Shown: positions 13,772 through 27,569, counted from the first letter of the stretch. The stretch is DNA of 64,000 bases from Antedon mediterranea (GCF_964355755.1 NC_092674.1:17112001-17176000); one strand, 5' to 3'. Notes: generated by a model from the letters alone, not told the origin. Translations and numbers: made by a program.

Positions 13772-15023
13772 TTCCAAATGATTGTTGTAGCCATGGATAG
13801 TTTTTATACTGTTTCGTATATCTTCAATTTTTCTTTGTTCTGTGATTTTATATTCACTTTTTACAAAATATTTGTATTTTATGCAATTTGGCCATTGGGC
13901 CACCATATCTAATGGTATTCTGAATGTGCAGTAAAGTTAAGAAGAATAATAATAAAAAAAAGTTTTTAATGCTGCCAAATCCAAAGAGCAATGATTAATG
14001 TTGTAAATTATTTTGTAATTTTTATAAATTACATTCAGTTTTAATTATTACATTATAATTTACATTATATCATTCATTGCACTTTGTATTTGAAGGTCCC
14101 AAGCCCTTACAAAAAAGCAGAGGGGAAACTTTTGCAGTTGAGTGTACATTAAAAGGTGAATTCTATATTCTTGTCAAGACTATTTCCTTAGTAGTGTAAA
14201 TTCTCAAATATTTTATATTTATTTCAAGAGCAATTCCACTACAATTCATTTTGATGTGAATCAAATAATTCATTCCACCAATTCTAATAATATATTTTGA
14301 TAATAACTCATACTATAGAGGTTATTATCCAGTAACCTTTAGTGTTACTCCTCTTACAGTTACACATATCCTATGATAGGCTACAGTACCATGTGGCCTA
14401 GAAAAAAAGCCCCAGACAAAGTTAACGGTAATTTTGTCTCAATTTTTTAAAAAGGCTAACTTATCAAACTACTTGGAATATGGTTGGCCAATCAGAAGTC
14501 AGGGTGGGTTTTTTAAATAGTTACATAGTAACATAATTATATATACAATTTTGATTGACAATTGTTCACACCCTAAAAACACAACAAAAAACGTCTCGTC
14601 ATATTAAAAGAACTAACAATTAATACAACATACATATTGTAGTCGAATTTACCGTGTTTTAAAAAACAAAATTCATGTACTGTAGTACAAGGATTTTTTT
14701 CGAAAATTGGATAAAAAAATGTCGACTTTCTCAACTTTTAACAAAAAATTTAAGTCTTATTATTCTATTATTTAATATTGTTATTCATTTAATACATCTA
14801 TCATGTGATAAACCCCTAAAATTGACAGTTTTTAGTATGCCGGTATTCAAAACAACCTCCTAGATTCTTGGGTCCCATTGGCCAATTGTCTAGTTTCCTC
14901 ATTATCTAATGACCCAGTCCAATTCAGTTTTAATGACCCCACATGGCTCTGTCCATTTCTTGTCCATTTATTTTTGCGTTCTTTACCGTTTCGAGTGAGA
15001 AGATTGAGTTGTACCCTTTGCGC

Positions 15024-18000
15024 TACAAATAACTCAATGTGTGCTGTAGAATTGGAACATGAGTTGTTCAATTCAATGGCCTAATTTGACCAATCAGAGC
15101 ACTGAGAGCACTGATGACGTCACTACAGTGTTCAAATTGTTGAACAATCAGAGCACTGGAAAGTGACGTAATTAATATCTGACTTCTCCACACATGTTTC
15201 ACACATTCACAACAATGATAAGATTTTGCCAACAGACAACATCTTTTTACAAATTCTCTCGACTTAGTATTAAATTCATTTGAAAAAGATCTTCTAGTAG
15301 TAGCTGTATTTATGTCGAACGTGTGCTTGCATTTAAGGTAGGAGAAGAAGTTTATTTTATGCTATAAATCAGCATTTAAAAGTTTTGAAAATTGTTTGGC
15401 CTAGCTAGCCTAGCCAATGTCATGTTATGTATGGCATATGTGGTAAGCCCCATGCCAGCCCCGCGAAACCAGTTGGCCTGCTCGTATTTGTCGTTATATG
15501 GTAGGCCTTTTTTTATTAGTAACAATAGGCCTAGAGATGCATTTGTTAGCCCATTCTACTATGGTGTTGTTATTTACATTGTTTGCACACTATGCTATAG
15601 GCCCTAAAAAATGATGATAATTTATATTATTAATATTATTACAGTAGTATTAATATTATCATTTATTAGTTAGGCCTAGCTAAGCTATGTAAGGTACTAC
15701 TATATAGTATAGTTACTTTAGTACTACTACTAGCCTAGTAGTTTAGTATTATTAGCCCCTACTAGGCCTAGCTATATTAATTATTATTAACAAACAAAGG
15801 TAGGATTTTCTCTGTGCCACTCTTTTAGTTAGCCTAGATCTTTGTTTTCCAATGGGCCTGCTGCTAGTGCTAGTATATTTTTAGGGCTCCCTTTTGGCCT
15901 AGACTTTTTTATTTATTTAATATTTTAACAATCCTACTACTACTACTAGTAGTAAGTAGGCCTAGTTAGTAATTGTAATAGATGAATTTTTCGTTTAAAG
16001 TGAGCTATTCTTCAAAATTTAATTTTGATGCAAAAAATGTTAATATTAATTTTTTTAAATAGATTTTAACCCTAAATTTAAACAATATAAAACAATTAAT
16101 CACCGTGGTATGACAAAACAAACTAAATAAAGCTATGTCTACCCTTCTATGATATAGAAAAACAATTTAACTTTTATAATGATTGTTTATTGTATTATTA
16201 TTTGTAAGTGTAGGCTTCAACTCTTTGATCCAAATCATTCGTTTAATTAGACAATCAATTGTATTTGTGGATTTAGATAAGATTCTCAAATAACTTGATT
16301 GCATAAAAGGAAATGCTCTGAATCAAAGAGTATACATTAATAAACAAAGACTATTCAATTACATCAAATTTATGTTGTAATGCTGCCTTTGTAAATTGTT
16401 TTTAATTTCGTAAAACAAAAAAACATTATTTATAATTCATAAAAGTGTGTATAATAATATTTTCTTAATTCTTAATTCAGATAAGAAAATTAATTTGTTC
16501 TTAGTAGATATGTTTTAATGCTACATTTGATTCATTTTATTGATATTTTATTTACATTTAAAGTCTTGGTCTACTATTAATTATCACTTGAGAAATTTCA
16601 ACCCACCGATATTTTATTTAGATCTAATTTTCTTATAACTACAGCCATTTACTACAACTGCATGGTGCACAGTGGCATTATACGGTAACATTTTGTTTTA
16701 TCATATATTTTAATTTACATTATATTCTTGCCTTTGATCAGTTTCTTTAGTTTTCTTAAGACCAACCTTTCAGCGGAGTGAAGATACACACCTGCTGCAG
16801 TAATATTATTTAACAAGACCAACCACAAGTGTCTAAATCTTGATGCTGTACTTCAAGATGCCTTGAAGGAGGTGTGAAAGGTGGACGGAAACACCAACAA
16901 TGAATGTGATGTCTTGGGCTCTCTGGACACATCGCCTGCATACAGAACCCAGAAAAAACCAGTGCTAGATGATTAAGGTTAGAGTAGTTACCTTGCCAAG
17001 AGACTCCACTTCTTCTTTGGAATTTATTCGCCTTTACCTTAACAGGTTCAATCCAGGTATTACTGTTTATTTGGTATCCACTTAATCTTTAAACCTATCT
17101 ATTTATTTTTTGAATTATTTAATCATTATGAATGTTTTTTTTTTCTCTCAGGTGAGCGTGTTAGCAACTTACATTTCCAGGCTTACATGATTTTAATGGA
17201 CTTGTTCGATGGAACGCAAACCGGGCACTAGATGCTACCCAGTCTGGAGCACCCATCCTCCAGTACATATAGTGGGCTGCACCAGCGTGCTCTCAACAAA
17301 CTAGCAAAGCAAATGATTGGAAAAAAAGTGTACAAAAGTTTTATCATCCCAAAAAAGTACACCGGAGGACTCATCGGAGTGGAGTACCTGTACAACCAGT
17401 CGAACAAAGTGCTCGAAACTCAATTTCCTGTCAAAACAGATACCATTTATGATGAAGACTTTGATGAAGAAATTTACACTTTTGATGTTGATGAAGGGTA
17501 TGATGACAAGACTCAACCAGACTACAAACCACCTAAGCGTTGTTTTAAACCTCGAAATGCTAAAGAACCCTCACCACCCCAGCTGGAGCCCTTGCCTTCA
17601 TGTGACGATAATGATGATGATGATGGTGAAGGAAAAGCAGCCCTTTTATGACACAGTGAGTTAAATTTGTATCATTAGCTTCTACCTCACGAATTTTGTT
17701 TCTGTTTTGAAATACAATGCACGAGTCTGATTATATATTTTGTTTTCATATTTTACAATTTAGGAACTTGAGGATTCCACTGGACCGGACAGCATTCCAG
17801 GCTACGCCAAAGTTGAAGCCCTGGCAGACTACCTTATGCAGTTTAAGGAAGACAGTGGAGTGATAAGTCAAAGTCATGCTGAACATGTCGCAAAGTTGTA
17901 GAACAACCTGGATGCTTATGACAAAACCATTAAGCGCAAAGCACGGCATCAAGATTACCTGACGAAAGGCAGGTTCAAGAAAAGTAAAACTACTTCCGTA

Positions 18001-20223
18001 ATACCTGGTGTTGAAAGCACTCGACGGTAAGGCAGTTTCCAGCGTTTTTTACTTTGTTGCATGATGTGTCTTAAATCTAACTTGTTTCTTTGGTTTTTTT
18101 TAAAAAGATGCTTCTTAGGTCAGAACACCGGGCCAGCTCAGTGGCCGGACTGCAATCGATATATGGAGTGCATTATTACAAAACTATGTGAAGCGTATCC
18201 ATCTACCGTATCTATCGAAGGTAAACGTTTCCAGCGCTGGCCGCTCATTACCAAAGGCTACAAGAACATTCGTCGGAAAGTGCTATCGAATGGACACCTG
18301 ATGTTGTTTGCTAAGCTTCAGTTGATGGAGATAAATCGTACGACACTCATCCAGTGGTGAGTTTTTACTTGTTATTGATTGTTATTTTACGCTACAGTAA
18401 ATACATTAAAGTTTTTAAATACTGTGTTTGATTTATTTTCAACAGGTACAACAGAACGTCAAAGAAGCAAGAGCGGCAAGTGTTGGAATCTGGCATCTCA
18501 GCAACAATACCCAAACTTGTCTCTGATAAAACCCTACTTGAACCTTTAACCAAGCCAGCGGTGCTAAACGTTCATACAAGCGCTCCATCTTTCACATTTG
18601 TCCTACCGAAAAACACTTCCGGCCTAGCGACTCTAGGAAACAGACCGTCGATCCCAGTTCCAGGCGAGATAGCAAAACCACCACCATCAGTCCCTGAGGC
18701 TAGCAGTACTCGGATTCTTAGAACTACCCTCTTGTACAGAAAACGAGTGGCTAAAGACATATCGGAAGGGAAACCGATCAAAATATACAAACCAAGAACG
18801 TCTGCGATTGTGTGCTCAAAGTGTAAGCAACCAAGATTAAATAAGAACTACACTCAGTACTATGGAAATTGGTATTGTGCTGCAACATCTGATGTGACTT
18901 TTAAAGAATGGAAATCGGCTATGGTTGCCATCCGTCGCCTTCGTCAAGAGAGGGAAAAAAAGCAGCAAAAAGAATGATTCCAAATGATTGTTGTAGCCAT
19001 GGATAGTTTTTATACTGTTTCGTATATCTTCAATTTTTCTTTGTTCTGTGATTTTATATTCACTTTTTACAAAATATTTGTATTTTATGCAATTTGGCCA
19101 TTGGGCCACCATATCTAATGGTATTCTGAATGTGCAGTAAAGTTAAGAAGAATAATAATAAAAAAAAGTTTTTAATGCTGCCAAATCCAAAGAGCAATGA
19201 TTAATGTTGTAAATTATTTTGTAATTTTTATAAATTACATTCAGTTTTAATTATTACATTATAATTTACATTATATCATTCATTGCACTTTGTATTTGAA
19301 GGTCCCAAGCCCTTACAAAAAAGCAGAGGGGAAACTTTTGCAGTTGAGTGTACATTAAAAGGTGAATTCTATATTCTTGTCAAGACTATTTCCTTAGTAG
19401 TGTAAATTCTCAAATATTTTATATTTATTTCAAGAGCAATTCCACTACAATTCATTTTGATGTGAATCAAATAATTCATTCCACCAATTCTAATAATATA
19501 TTTTGATAATAACTCATACTATAGAGGTTATTATCCAGTAACCTTTAGTGTTACTCCTCTTACAGTTACACATATCCTATGATAGGCTACAGTACCATGT
19601 GGCCTAGAAAAAAAGCCCCAGACAAAGTTAACGGTAATTTTGTCTCAATTTTTTAAAAAGGCTAACTTATCAAACTACTTGGAATATGGTTGGCCAATCA
19701 GAAGTCAGGGTGGGTTTTTTAAATAGTTACATAGTAACATAATTATATATACAATTTTGATTGACAATTGTTCACACCCTAAAAACACAACAAAAAACGT
19801 CTCGTCATATTAAAAGAACTAACAATTAATACAACATACATATTGTAGTCGAATTTACCGTGTTTTAAAAAACAAAATTCATGTACTGTAGTACAAGGAT
19901 TTTTTTCGAAAATTGGATAAAAAAATGTCGACTTTCTCAACTTTTAACAAAAAATTTAAGTCTTATTATTCTATTATTTAATATTGTTATTCATTTAATA
20001 CATCTATCATGTGATAAACCCCTAAAATTGACAGTTTTTAGTATGCCGGTATTCAAAACAACCTCCTAGATTCTTGGGTCCCATTGGCCAATTGTCTAGT
20101 TTCCTCATTATCTAATGACCCAGTCCAATTCAGTTTTAATGACCCCACATGGCTCTGTCCATTTCTTGTCCATTTATTTTTGCGTTCTTTACCGTTTCGA
20201 GTGAGAAGATTGAGTTGTACCCT
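15024..20223 (+). mobile_element. Dada-like DNA transposon, tandem copy 2
   Basis: All ORFs identical to copy 1 at +5206; TTGCGC at 15018-15023 and 20224-20229. Confidence 0.8.
16926..18977 (+). pseudogene. Transposase pseudogene, copy 2
   Basis: Identical translation to copy 1 at +5206. Confidence 0.82.
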
Positions 20224-20229
20224 TTGCGC

Positions 20230-23200
20230 TACAAATAACTCAATGTGTGCTGTAGAATTGGAACATGAGTTGTTCAATTCAATGGCCTAATTTGACCAAT
20301 CAGAGCACTGAGAGCACTGATGACGTCACTACAGTGTTCAAATTGTTGAACAATCAGAGCACTGGAAAGTGACGTAATTAATATCTGACTTCTCCACACA
20401 TGTTTCACACATTCACAACAATGATAAGATTTTGCCAACAGACAACATCTTTTTACAAATTCTCTCGACTTAGTATTAAATTCATTTGAAAAAGATCTTC
20501 TAGTAGTAGCTGTATTTATGTCGAACGTGTGCTTGCATTTAAGGTAGGAGAAGAAGTTTATTTTATGCTATAAATCAGCATTTAAAAGTTTTGAAAATTG
20601 TTTGGCCTAGCTAGCCTAGCCAATGTCATGTTATGTATGGCATATGTGGTAAGCCCCATGCCAGCCCCGCGAAACCAGTTGGCCTGCTCGTATTTGTCGT
20701 TATATGGTAGGCCTTTTTTTATTAGTAACAATAGGCCTAGAGATGCATTTGTTAGCCCATTCTACTATGGTGTTGTTATTTACATTGTTTGCACACTATG
20801 CTATAGGCCCTAAAAAATGATGATAATTTATATTATTAATATTATTACAGTAGTATTAATATTATCATTTATTAGTTAGGCCTAGCTAAGCTATGTAAGG
20901 TACTACTATATAGTATAGTTACTTTAGTACTACTACTAGCCTAGTAGTTTAGTATTATTAGCCCCTACTAGGCCTAGCTATATTAATTATTATTAACAAA
21001 CAAAGGTAGGATTTTCTCTGTGCCACTCTTTTAGTTAGCCTAGATCTTTGTTTTCCAATGGGCCTGCTGCTAGTGCTAGTATATTTTTAGGGCTCCCTTT
21101 TGGCCTAGACTTTTTTATTTATTTAATATTTTAACAATCCTACTACTACTACTAGTAGTAAGTAGGCCTAGTTAGTAATTGTAATAGATGAATTTTTCGT
21201 TTAAAGTGAGCTATTCTTCAAAATTTAATTTTGATGCAAAAAATGTTAATATTAATTTTTTTAAATAGATTTTAACCCTAAATTTAAACAATATAAAACA
21301 ATTAATCACCGTGGTATGACAAAACAAACTAAATAAAGCTATGTCTACCCTTCTATGATATAGAAAAACAATTTAACTTTTATAATGATTGTTTATTGTA
21401 TTATTATTTGTAAGTGTAGGCTTCAACTCTTTGATCCAAATCATTCGTTTAATTAGACAATCAATTGTATTTGTGGATTTAGATAAGATTCTCAAATAAC
21501 TTGATTGCATAAAAGGAAATGCTCTGAATCAAAGAGTATACATTAATAAACAAAGACTATTCAATTACATCAAATTTATGTTGTAATGCTGCCTTTGTAA
21601 ATTGTTTTTAATTTCGTAAAACAAAAAAACATTATTTATAATTCATAAAAGTGTGTATAATAATATTTTCTTAATTCTTAATTCAGATAAGAAAATTAAT
21701 TTGTTCTTAGTAGATATGTTTTAATGCTACATTTGATTCATTTTATTGATATTTTATTTACATTTAAAGTCTTGGTCTACTATTAATTATCACTTGAGAA
21801 ATTTCAACCCACCGATATTTTATTTAGATCTAATTTTCTTATAACTACAGCCATTTACTACAACTGCATGGTGCACAGTGGCATTATACGGTAACATTTT
21901 GTTTTATCATATATTTTAATTTACATTATATTCTTGCCTTTGATCAGTTTCTTTAGTTTTCTTAAGACCAACCTTTCAGCGGAGTGAAGATACACACCTG
22001 CTGCAGTAATATTATTTAACAAGACCAACCACAAGTGTCTAAATCTTGATGCTGTACTTCAAGATGCCTTGAAGGAGGTGTGAAAGGTGGACGGAAACAC
22101 CAACAATGAATGTGATGTCTTGGGCTCTCTGGACACATCGCCTGCATACAGAACCCAGAAAAAACCAGTGCTAGATGATTAAGGTTAGAGTAGTTACCTT
22201 GCCAAGAGACTCCACTTCTTCTTTGGAATTTATTCGCCTTTACCTTAACAGGTTCAATCCAGGTATTACTGTTTATTTGGTATCCACTTAATCTTTAAAC
22301 CTATCTATTTATTTTTTGAATTATTTAATCATTATGAATGTTTTTTTTTTCTCTCAGGTGAGCGTGTTAGCAACTTACATTTCCAGGCTTACATGATTTT
22401 AATGGACTTGTTCGATGGAACGCAAACCGGGCACTAGATGCTACCCAGTCTGGAGCACCCATCCTCCAGTACATATAGTGGGCTGCACCAGCGTGCTCTC
22501 AACAAACTAGCAAAGCAAATGATTGGAAAAAAAGTGTACAAAAGTTTTATCATCCCAAAAAAGTACACCGGAGGACTCATCGGAGTGGAGTACCTGTACA
22601 ACCAGTCGAACAAAGTGCTCGAAACTCAATTTCCTGTCAAAACAGATACCATTTATGATGAAGACTTTGATGAAGAAATTTACACTTTTGATGTTGATGA
22701 AGGGTATGATGACAAGACTCAACCAGACTACAAACCACCTAAGCGTTGTTTTAAACCTCGAAATGCTAAAGAACCCTCACCACCCCAGCTGGAGCCCTTG
22801 CCTTCATGTGACGATAATGATGATGATGATGGTGAAGGAAAAGCAGCCCTTTTATGACACAGTGAGTTAAATTTGTATCATTAGCTTCTACCTCACGAAT
22901 TTTGTTTCTGTTTTGAAATACAATGCACGAGTCTGATTATATATTTTGTTTTCATATTTTACAATTTAGGAACTTGAGGATTCCACTGGACCGGACAGCA
23001 TTCCAGGCTACGCCAAAGTTGAAGCCCTGGCAGACTACCTTATGCAGTTTAAGGAAGACAGTGGAGTGATAAGTCAAAGTCATGCTGAACATGTCGCAAA
23101 GTTGTAGAACAACCTGGATGCTTATGACAAAACCATTAAGCGCAAAGCACGGCATCAAGATTACCTGACGAAAGGCAGGTTCAAGAAAAGTAAAACTACT

Positions 23201-25429
23201 TCCGTAATACCTGGTGTTGAAAGCACTCGACGGTAAGGCAGTTTCCAGCGTTTTTTACTTTGTTGCATGATGTGTCTTAAATCTAACTTGTTTCTTTGGT
23301 TTTTTTTAAAAAGATGCTTCTTAGGTCAGAACACCGGGCCAGCTCAGTGGCCGGACTGCAATCGATATATGGAGTGCATTATTACAAAACTATGTGAAGC
23401 GTATCCATCTACCGTATCTATCGAAGGTAAACGTTTCCAGCGCTGGCCGCTCATTACCAAAGGCTACAAGAACATTCGTCGGAAAGTGCTATCGAATGGA
23501 CACCTGATGTTGTTTGCTAAGCTTCAGTTGATGGAGATAAATCGTACGACACTCATCCAGTGGTGAGTTTTTACTTGTTATTGATTGTTATTTTACGCTA
23601 CAGTAAATACATTAAAGTTTTTAAATACTGTGTTTGATTTATTTTCAACAGGTACAACAGAACGTCAAAGAAGCAAGAGCGGCAAGTGTTGGAATCTGGC
23701 ATCTCAGCAACAATACCCAAACTTGTCTCTGATAAAACCCTACTTGAACCTTTAACCAAGCCAGCGGTGCTAAACGTTCATACAAGCGCTCCATCTTTCA
23801 CATTTGTCCTACCGAAAAACACTTCCGGCCTAGCGACTCTAGGAAACAGACCGTCGATCCCAGTTCCAGGCGAGATAGCAAAACCACCACCATCAGTCCC
23901 TGAGGCTAGCAGTACTCGGATTCTTAGAACTACCCTCTTGTACAGAAAACGAGTGGCTAAAGACATATCGGAAGGGAAACCGATCAAAATATACAAACCA
24001 AGAACGTCTGCGATTGTGTGCTCAAAGTGTAAGCAACCAAGATTAAATAAGAACTACACTCAGTACTATGGAAATTGGTATTGTGCTGCAACATCTGATG
24101 TGACTTTTAAAGAATGGAAATCGGCTATGGTTGCCATCCGTCGCCTTCGTCAAGAGAGGGAAAAAAAGCAGCAAAAAGAATGATTCCAAATGATTGTTGT
24201 AGCCATGGATAGTTTTTATACTGTTTCGTATATCTTCAATTTTTCTTTGTTCTGTGATTTTATATTCACTTTTTACAAAATATTTGTATTTTATGCAATT
24301 TGGCCATTGGGCCACCATATCTAATGGTATTCTGAATGTGCAGTAAAGTTAAGAAGAATAATAATAAAAAAAAGTTTTTAATGCTGCCAAATCCAAAGAG
24401 CAATGATTAATGTTGTAAATTATTTTGTAATTTTTATAAATTACATTCAGTTTTAATTATTACATTATAATTTACATTATATCATTCATTGCACTTTGTA
24501 TTTGAAGGTCCCAAGCCCTTACAAAAAAGCAGAGGGGAAACTTTTGCAGTTGAGTGTACATTAAAAGGTGAATTCTATATTCTTGTCAAGACTATTTCCT
24601 TAGTAGTGTAAATTCTCAAATATTTTATATTTATTTCAAGAGCAATTCCACTACAATTCATTTTGATGTGAATCAAATAATTCATTCCACCAATTCTAAT
24701 AATATATTTTGATAATAACTCATACTATAGAGGTTATTATCCAGTAACCTTTAGTGTTACTCCTCTTACAGTTACACATATCCTATGATAGGCTACAGTA
24801 CCATGTGGCCTAGAAAAAAAGCCCCAGACAAAGTTAACGGTAATTTTGTCTCAATTTTTTAAAAAGGCTAACTTATCAAACTACTTGGAATATGGTTGGC
24901 CAATCAGAAGTCAGGGTGGGTTTTTTAAATAGTTACATAGTAACATAATTATATATACAATTTTGATTGACAATTGTTCACACCCTAAAAACACAACAAA
25001 AAACGTCTCGTCATATTAAAAGAACTAACAATTAATACAACATACATATTGTAGTCGAATTTACCGTGTTTTAAAAAACAAAATTCATGTACTGTAGTAC
25101 AAGGATTTTTTTCGAAAATTGGATAAAAAAATGTCGACTTTCTCAACTTTTAACAAAAAATTTAAGTCTTATTATTCTATTATTTAATATTGTTATTCAT
25201 TTAATACATCTATCATGTGATAAACCCCTAAAATTGACAGTTTTTAGTATGCCGGTATTCAAAACAACCTCCTAGATTCTTGGGTCCCATTGGCCAATTG
25301 TCTAGTTTCCTCATTATCTAATGACCCAGTCCAATTCAGTTTTAATGACCCCACATGGCTCTGTCCATTTCTTGTCCATTTATTTTTGCGTTCTTTACCG
25401 TTTCGAGTGAGAAGATTGAGTTGTACCCT
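20230..25429 (+). mobile_element. Dada-like DNA transposon, tandem copy 3
   Basis: All internal ORFs identical at +10412; ends '...gtaccct|TTGCGC|aggg' at 25430-25435. Confidence 0.8.
22132..24183 (+). pseudogene. Transposase pseudogene, copy 3
   Basis: Identical translation to copy 1 at +10412. Confidence 0.82.
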
Positions 25430-25435
25430 TTGCGC

Positions 25436-26560
25436 AGGGAAATTTTCGAAAAATGGCCAAATTTTGATCCTTTTATTTTTTGAATTAACTAGTTACTATG
25501 GCTCTATAAGATGATGTTAGCACAATATATTTCCATAAATGGCAATATTATAGCATAATTTTTGAATTTTAAACAAATTTTGACAATTTTTCGAGAAAAA
25601 AAATCCTATAGTCCCCCGCTGGGAAATTTTTAGAAAAATGGCCAAATTTCGACCCTTTTATTTCTTGACATAACTAGTTAACTAGGCTCCATAAGATGAT
25701 GTTAACACAATATATGCGCATAAATGGCAATATTATAGCCTAATTATAGAATTTTGAAAATTGGAAATTTTTGCCATTTTTCGAAAAAATTCCTATGGTC
25801 CCCCGCAGGGAAATTTTCGCAAAAATGGGCAAACTTCAAACCTTTTATTAATCGCGTGGACGCAACTCTACAGGTCACTATGTCGGTCGGTCTGTCGGTC
25901 TGTCTGTCGGTCCGGTATCACTTTGCGTTTTGTCGCTTTTCTGTACCTTTTGAACTGTTTTGATGTACAGAAAAGTTTTAAATTACATTACTTTTTGAAA
26001 GTTCATTTATTTCTGAGAGCATGCAACTTATTGTTGTTGGCCTTGTTTTTTGACACAACGAGTTACTATGGCTCTAGATGATGTTAACACAATATATGTG
26101 CATAAATGGCAATATTATAGCCTAATTATAGAATTTAAAAAGGTGTAAATTTGGGTCGTTTTCCAAAAAAATCGTATGGTCCCCCGTAGGGAAATTGTCG
26201 CAAAAATGGCGAAATTTCAAACCTTTTATTTTTTGACATAACTAGTTTCTATGGCTCTATAAGTTGATATTTCCACAACATATGTGCATAAATGGCAATA
26301 TTATAGTCTAATTATTGAATTTTAAAAGGTGGAAATTTTGGTCATTTTGCGAAAAAAATTCCTATGGTCCGCCGCAGGGAAATTTTCGCAAAAACGGCGA
26401 AAGTTCAAACCTTTTATTTTTGACATAACTAGTTACTATATCTCTATAAGATGATGTTAACACAACATATGTGCATAAATGGCAATATTATAGTCTAATT
26501 ATTGAATTTAAAAAAGTGTAAATTTTCGCAATTTTTCGAAAAAAAAATCTTATATTCCTA
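25436..26560 (-). repeat. ~190-bp satellite, reverse orientation
   Basis: 'cgcagggaaattttcg...ataactagttactatggctctataagatgatg' is the reverse complement of the monomers at 27570-29633. Confidence 0.9.
25849..26046 (+). mobile_element. Short Helentron-associated (HINE/DINE-1-like) insertion
   Basis: Interrupts the satellite T-run (ccttttatt|tttgacac). Starts with the imperfect palindrome 'atcgcgtggacgcaact', carries a (GTCG/GTCT)n microsatellite and ends 'ggccttgtt'. Confidence 0.6.
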
Positions 26561-26566
26561 ATAATA

Positions 26567-26738
26567 TAATTTCCACTTTCTAAAATTCAAAAATTATGCC
26601 ATAATATTGCCATTTATTCAAATATATTGTGCTAACATCATTTTATAGAGCCATACGTAACTAGTTATGTAAAAAAATAAAAGGGTCGAAATTTGGACAT
26701 TTTTCGAAAATTTTCTCCATTTTTTCAAAAAATTTCAA
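26567..26738 (+). repeat. ~190-bp satellite monomer, forward orientation
   Basis: 'aatttccactttc...tatagagccatacgtaactagttatg...'; orientation is opposite to the block immediately left. Confidence 0.85.
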
Positions 26739-27569
26739 CAACAAGACTACACACAATATACTGCTTATTCCTTATTTTTATTTCCTCTTTTAAGCTGTCA
26801 AACCTGTGATGCATGTAGCTTGTGGCGTTTCTAGTAAGAAACAGACAAATATAAATGCCTATGTTAACATACAGCAGTACCATGTTATAACGAATCATGC
26901 AAATAACAACAATTTAAAGACGATCCCTGTCGTCTTAGTAACGTCAAAACTCTCAATGTACAGCCCTCTATCGGCTTACACAGAACAACGTATATGTGTA
27001 ATAAATCACAATACTGTATATATAAACACTTAAATAATTCTCTGTAAATTACACTTGAGATGCTGATTACATAATATAAATGCCTCCCTTACTGTACAAG
27101 ACAGATATGGCCTACAATTGTTATATCAACATTAACACATTGAAATTAATGAACGTCTTGACCAGCCTCGTGACAACAATGATGTAGTACTGTAGGCTAT
27201 CTGGCCTAACCTCCTAGCCTAGCTGTTCATATCATCATAGGCAACGAGTAGGAGAAGGCTTAGGGCCTTTCCAACTACTATAAATCAACTCATTAATATC
27301 ATTCTAAAGTTAATAATAAACCAGATGCTCAACCTAAAACCTATGGTCTTTCTTCGCATAACAATTTTATAATAGTATATTATCAGACGCCTATGACAGA
27401 TGGTCTCATCCTTGCGACCATTTTATGTCTCCTCCTAAAACAACCTTTGGCGCGCACATGTCTTATTCCCAAAAAACAGGGATCATCTAAAAAACTTGCA
27501 CATGAACGAAAAACAATGTTGAAATGAAATGCGCCCTCTATATAAATATACATATAGGACCTTACAATG

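Larger units (their letters stand above)
9818..15017 (+). mobile_element. Dada-like DNA transposon, defective, tandem copy 1 (5,200 bp)
   Basis: Bounded by TTGCGC (9812-9817, 15018-15023). No true TIRs, but subterminal AACTCAAT/ATTGAGTT lie 7 nt inside each end. U6-like right end; contains a transposase pseudogene. Confidence 0.8.

Noticed and set aside
9812-25435. Crypton, KolobokP or LTR element explaining the tandem array
   Set aside because: No tyrosine recombinase motifs, no long terminal direct repeats or TTAA, and no RT; the protein motifs and hexamer fit Dada better.
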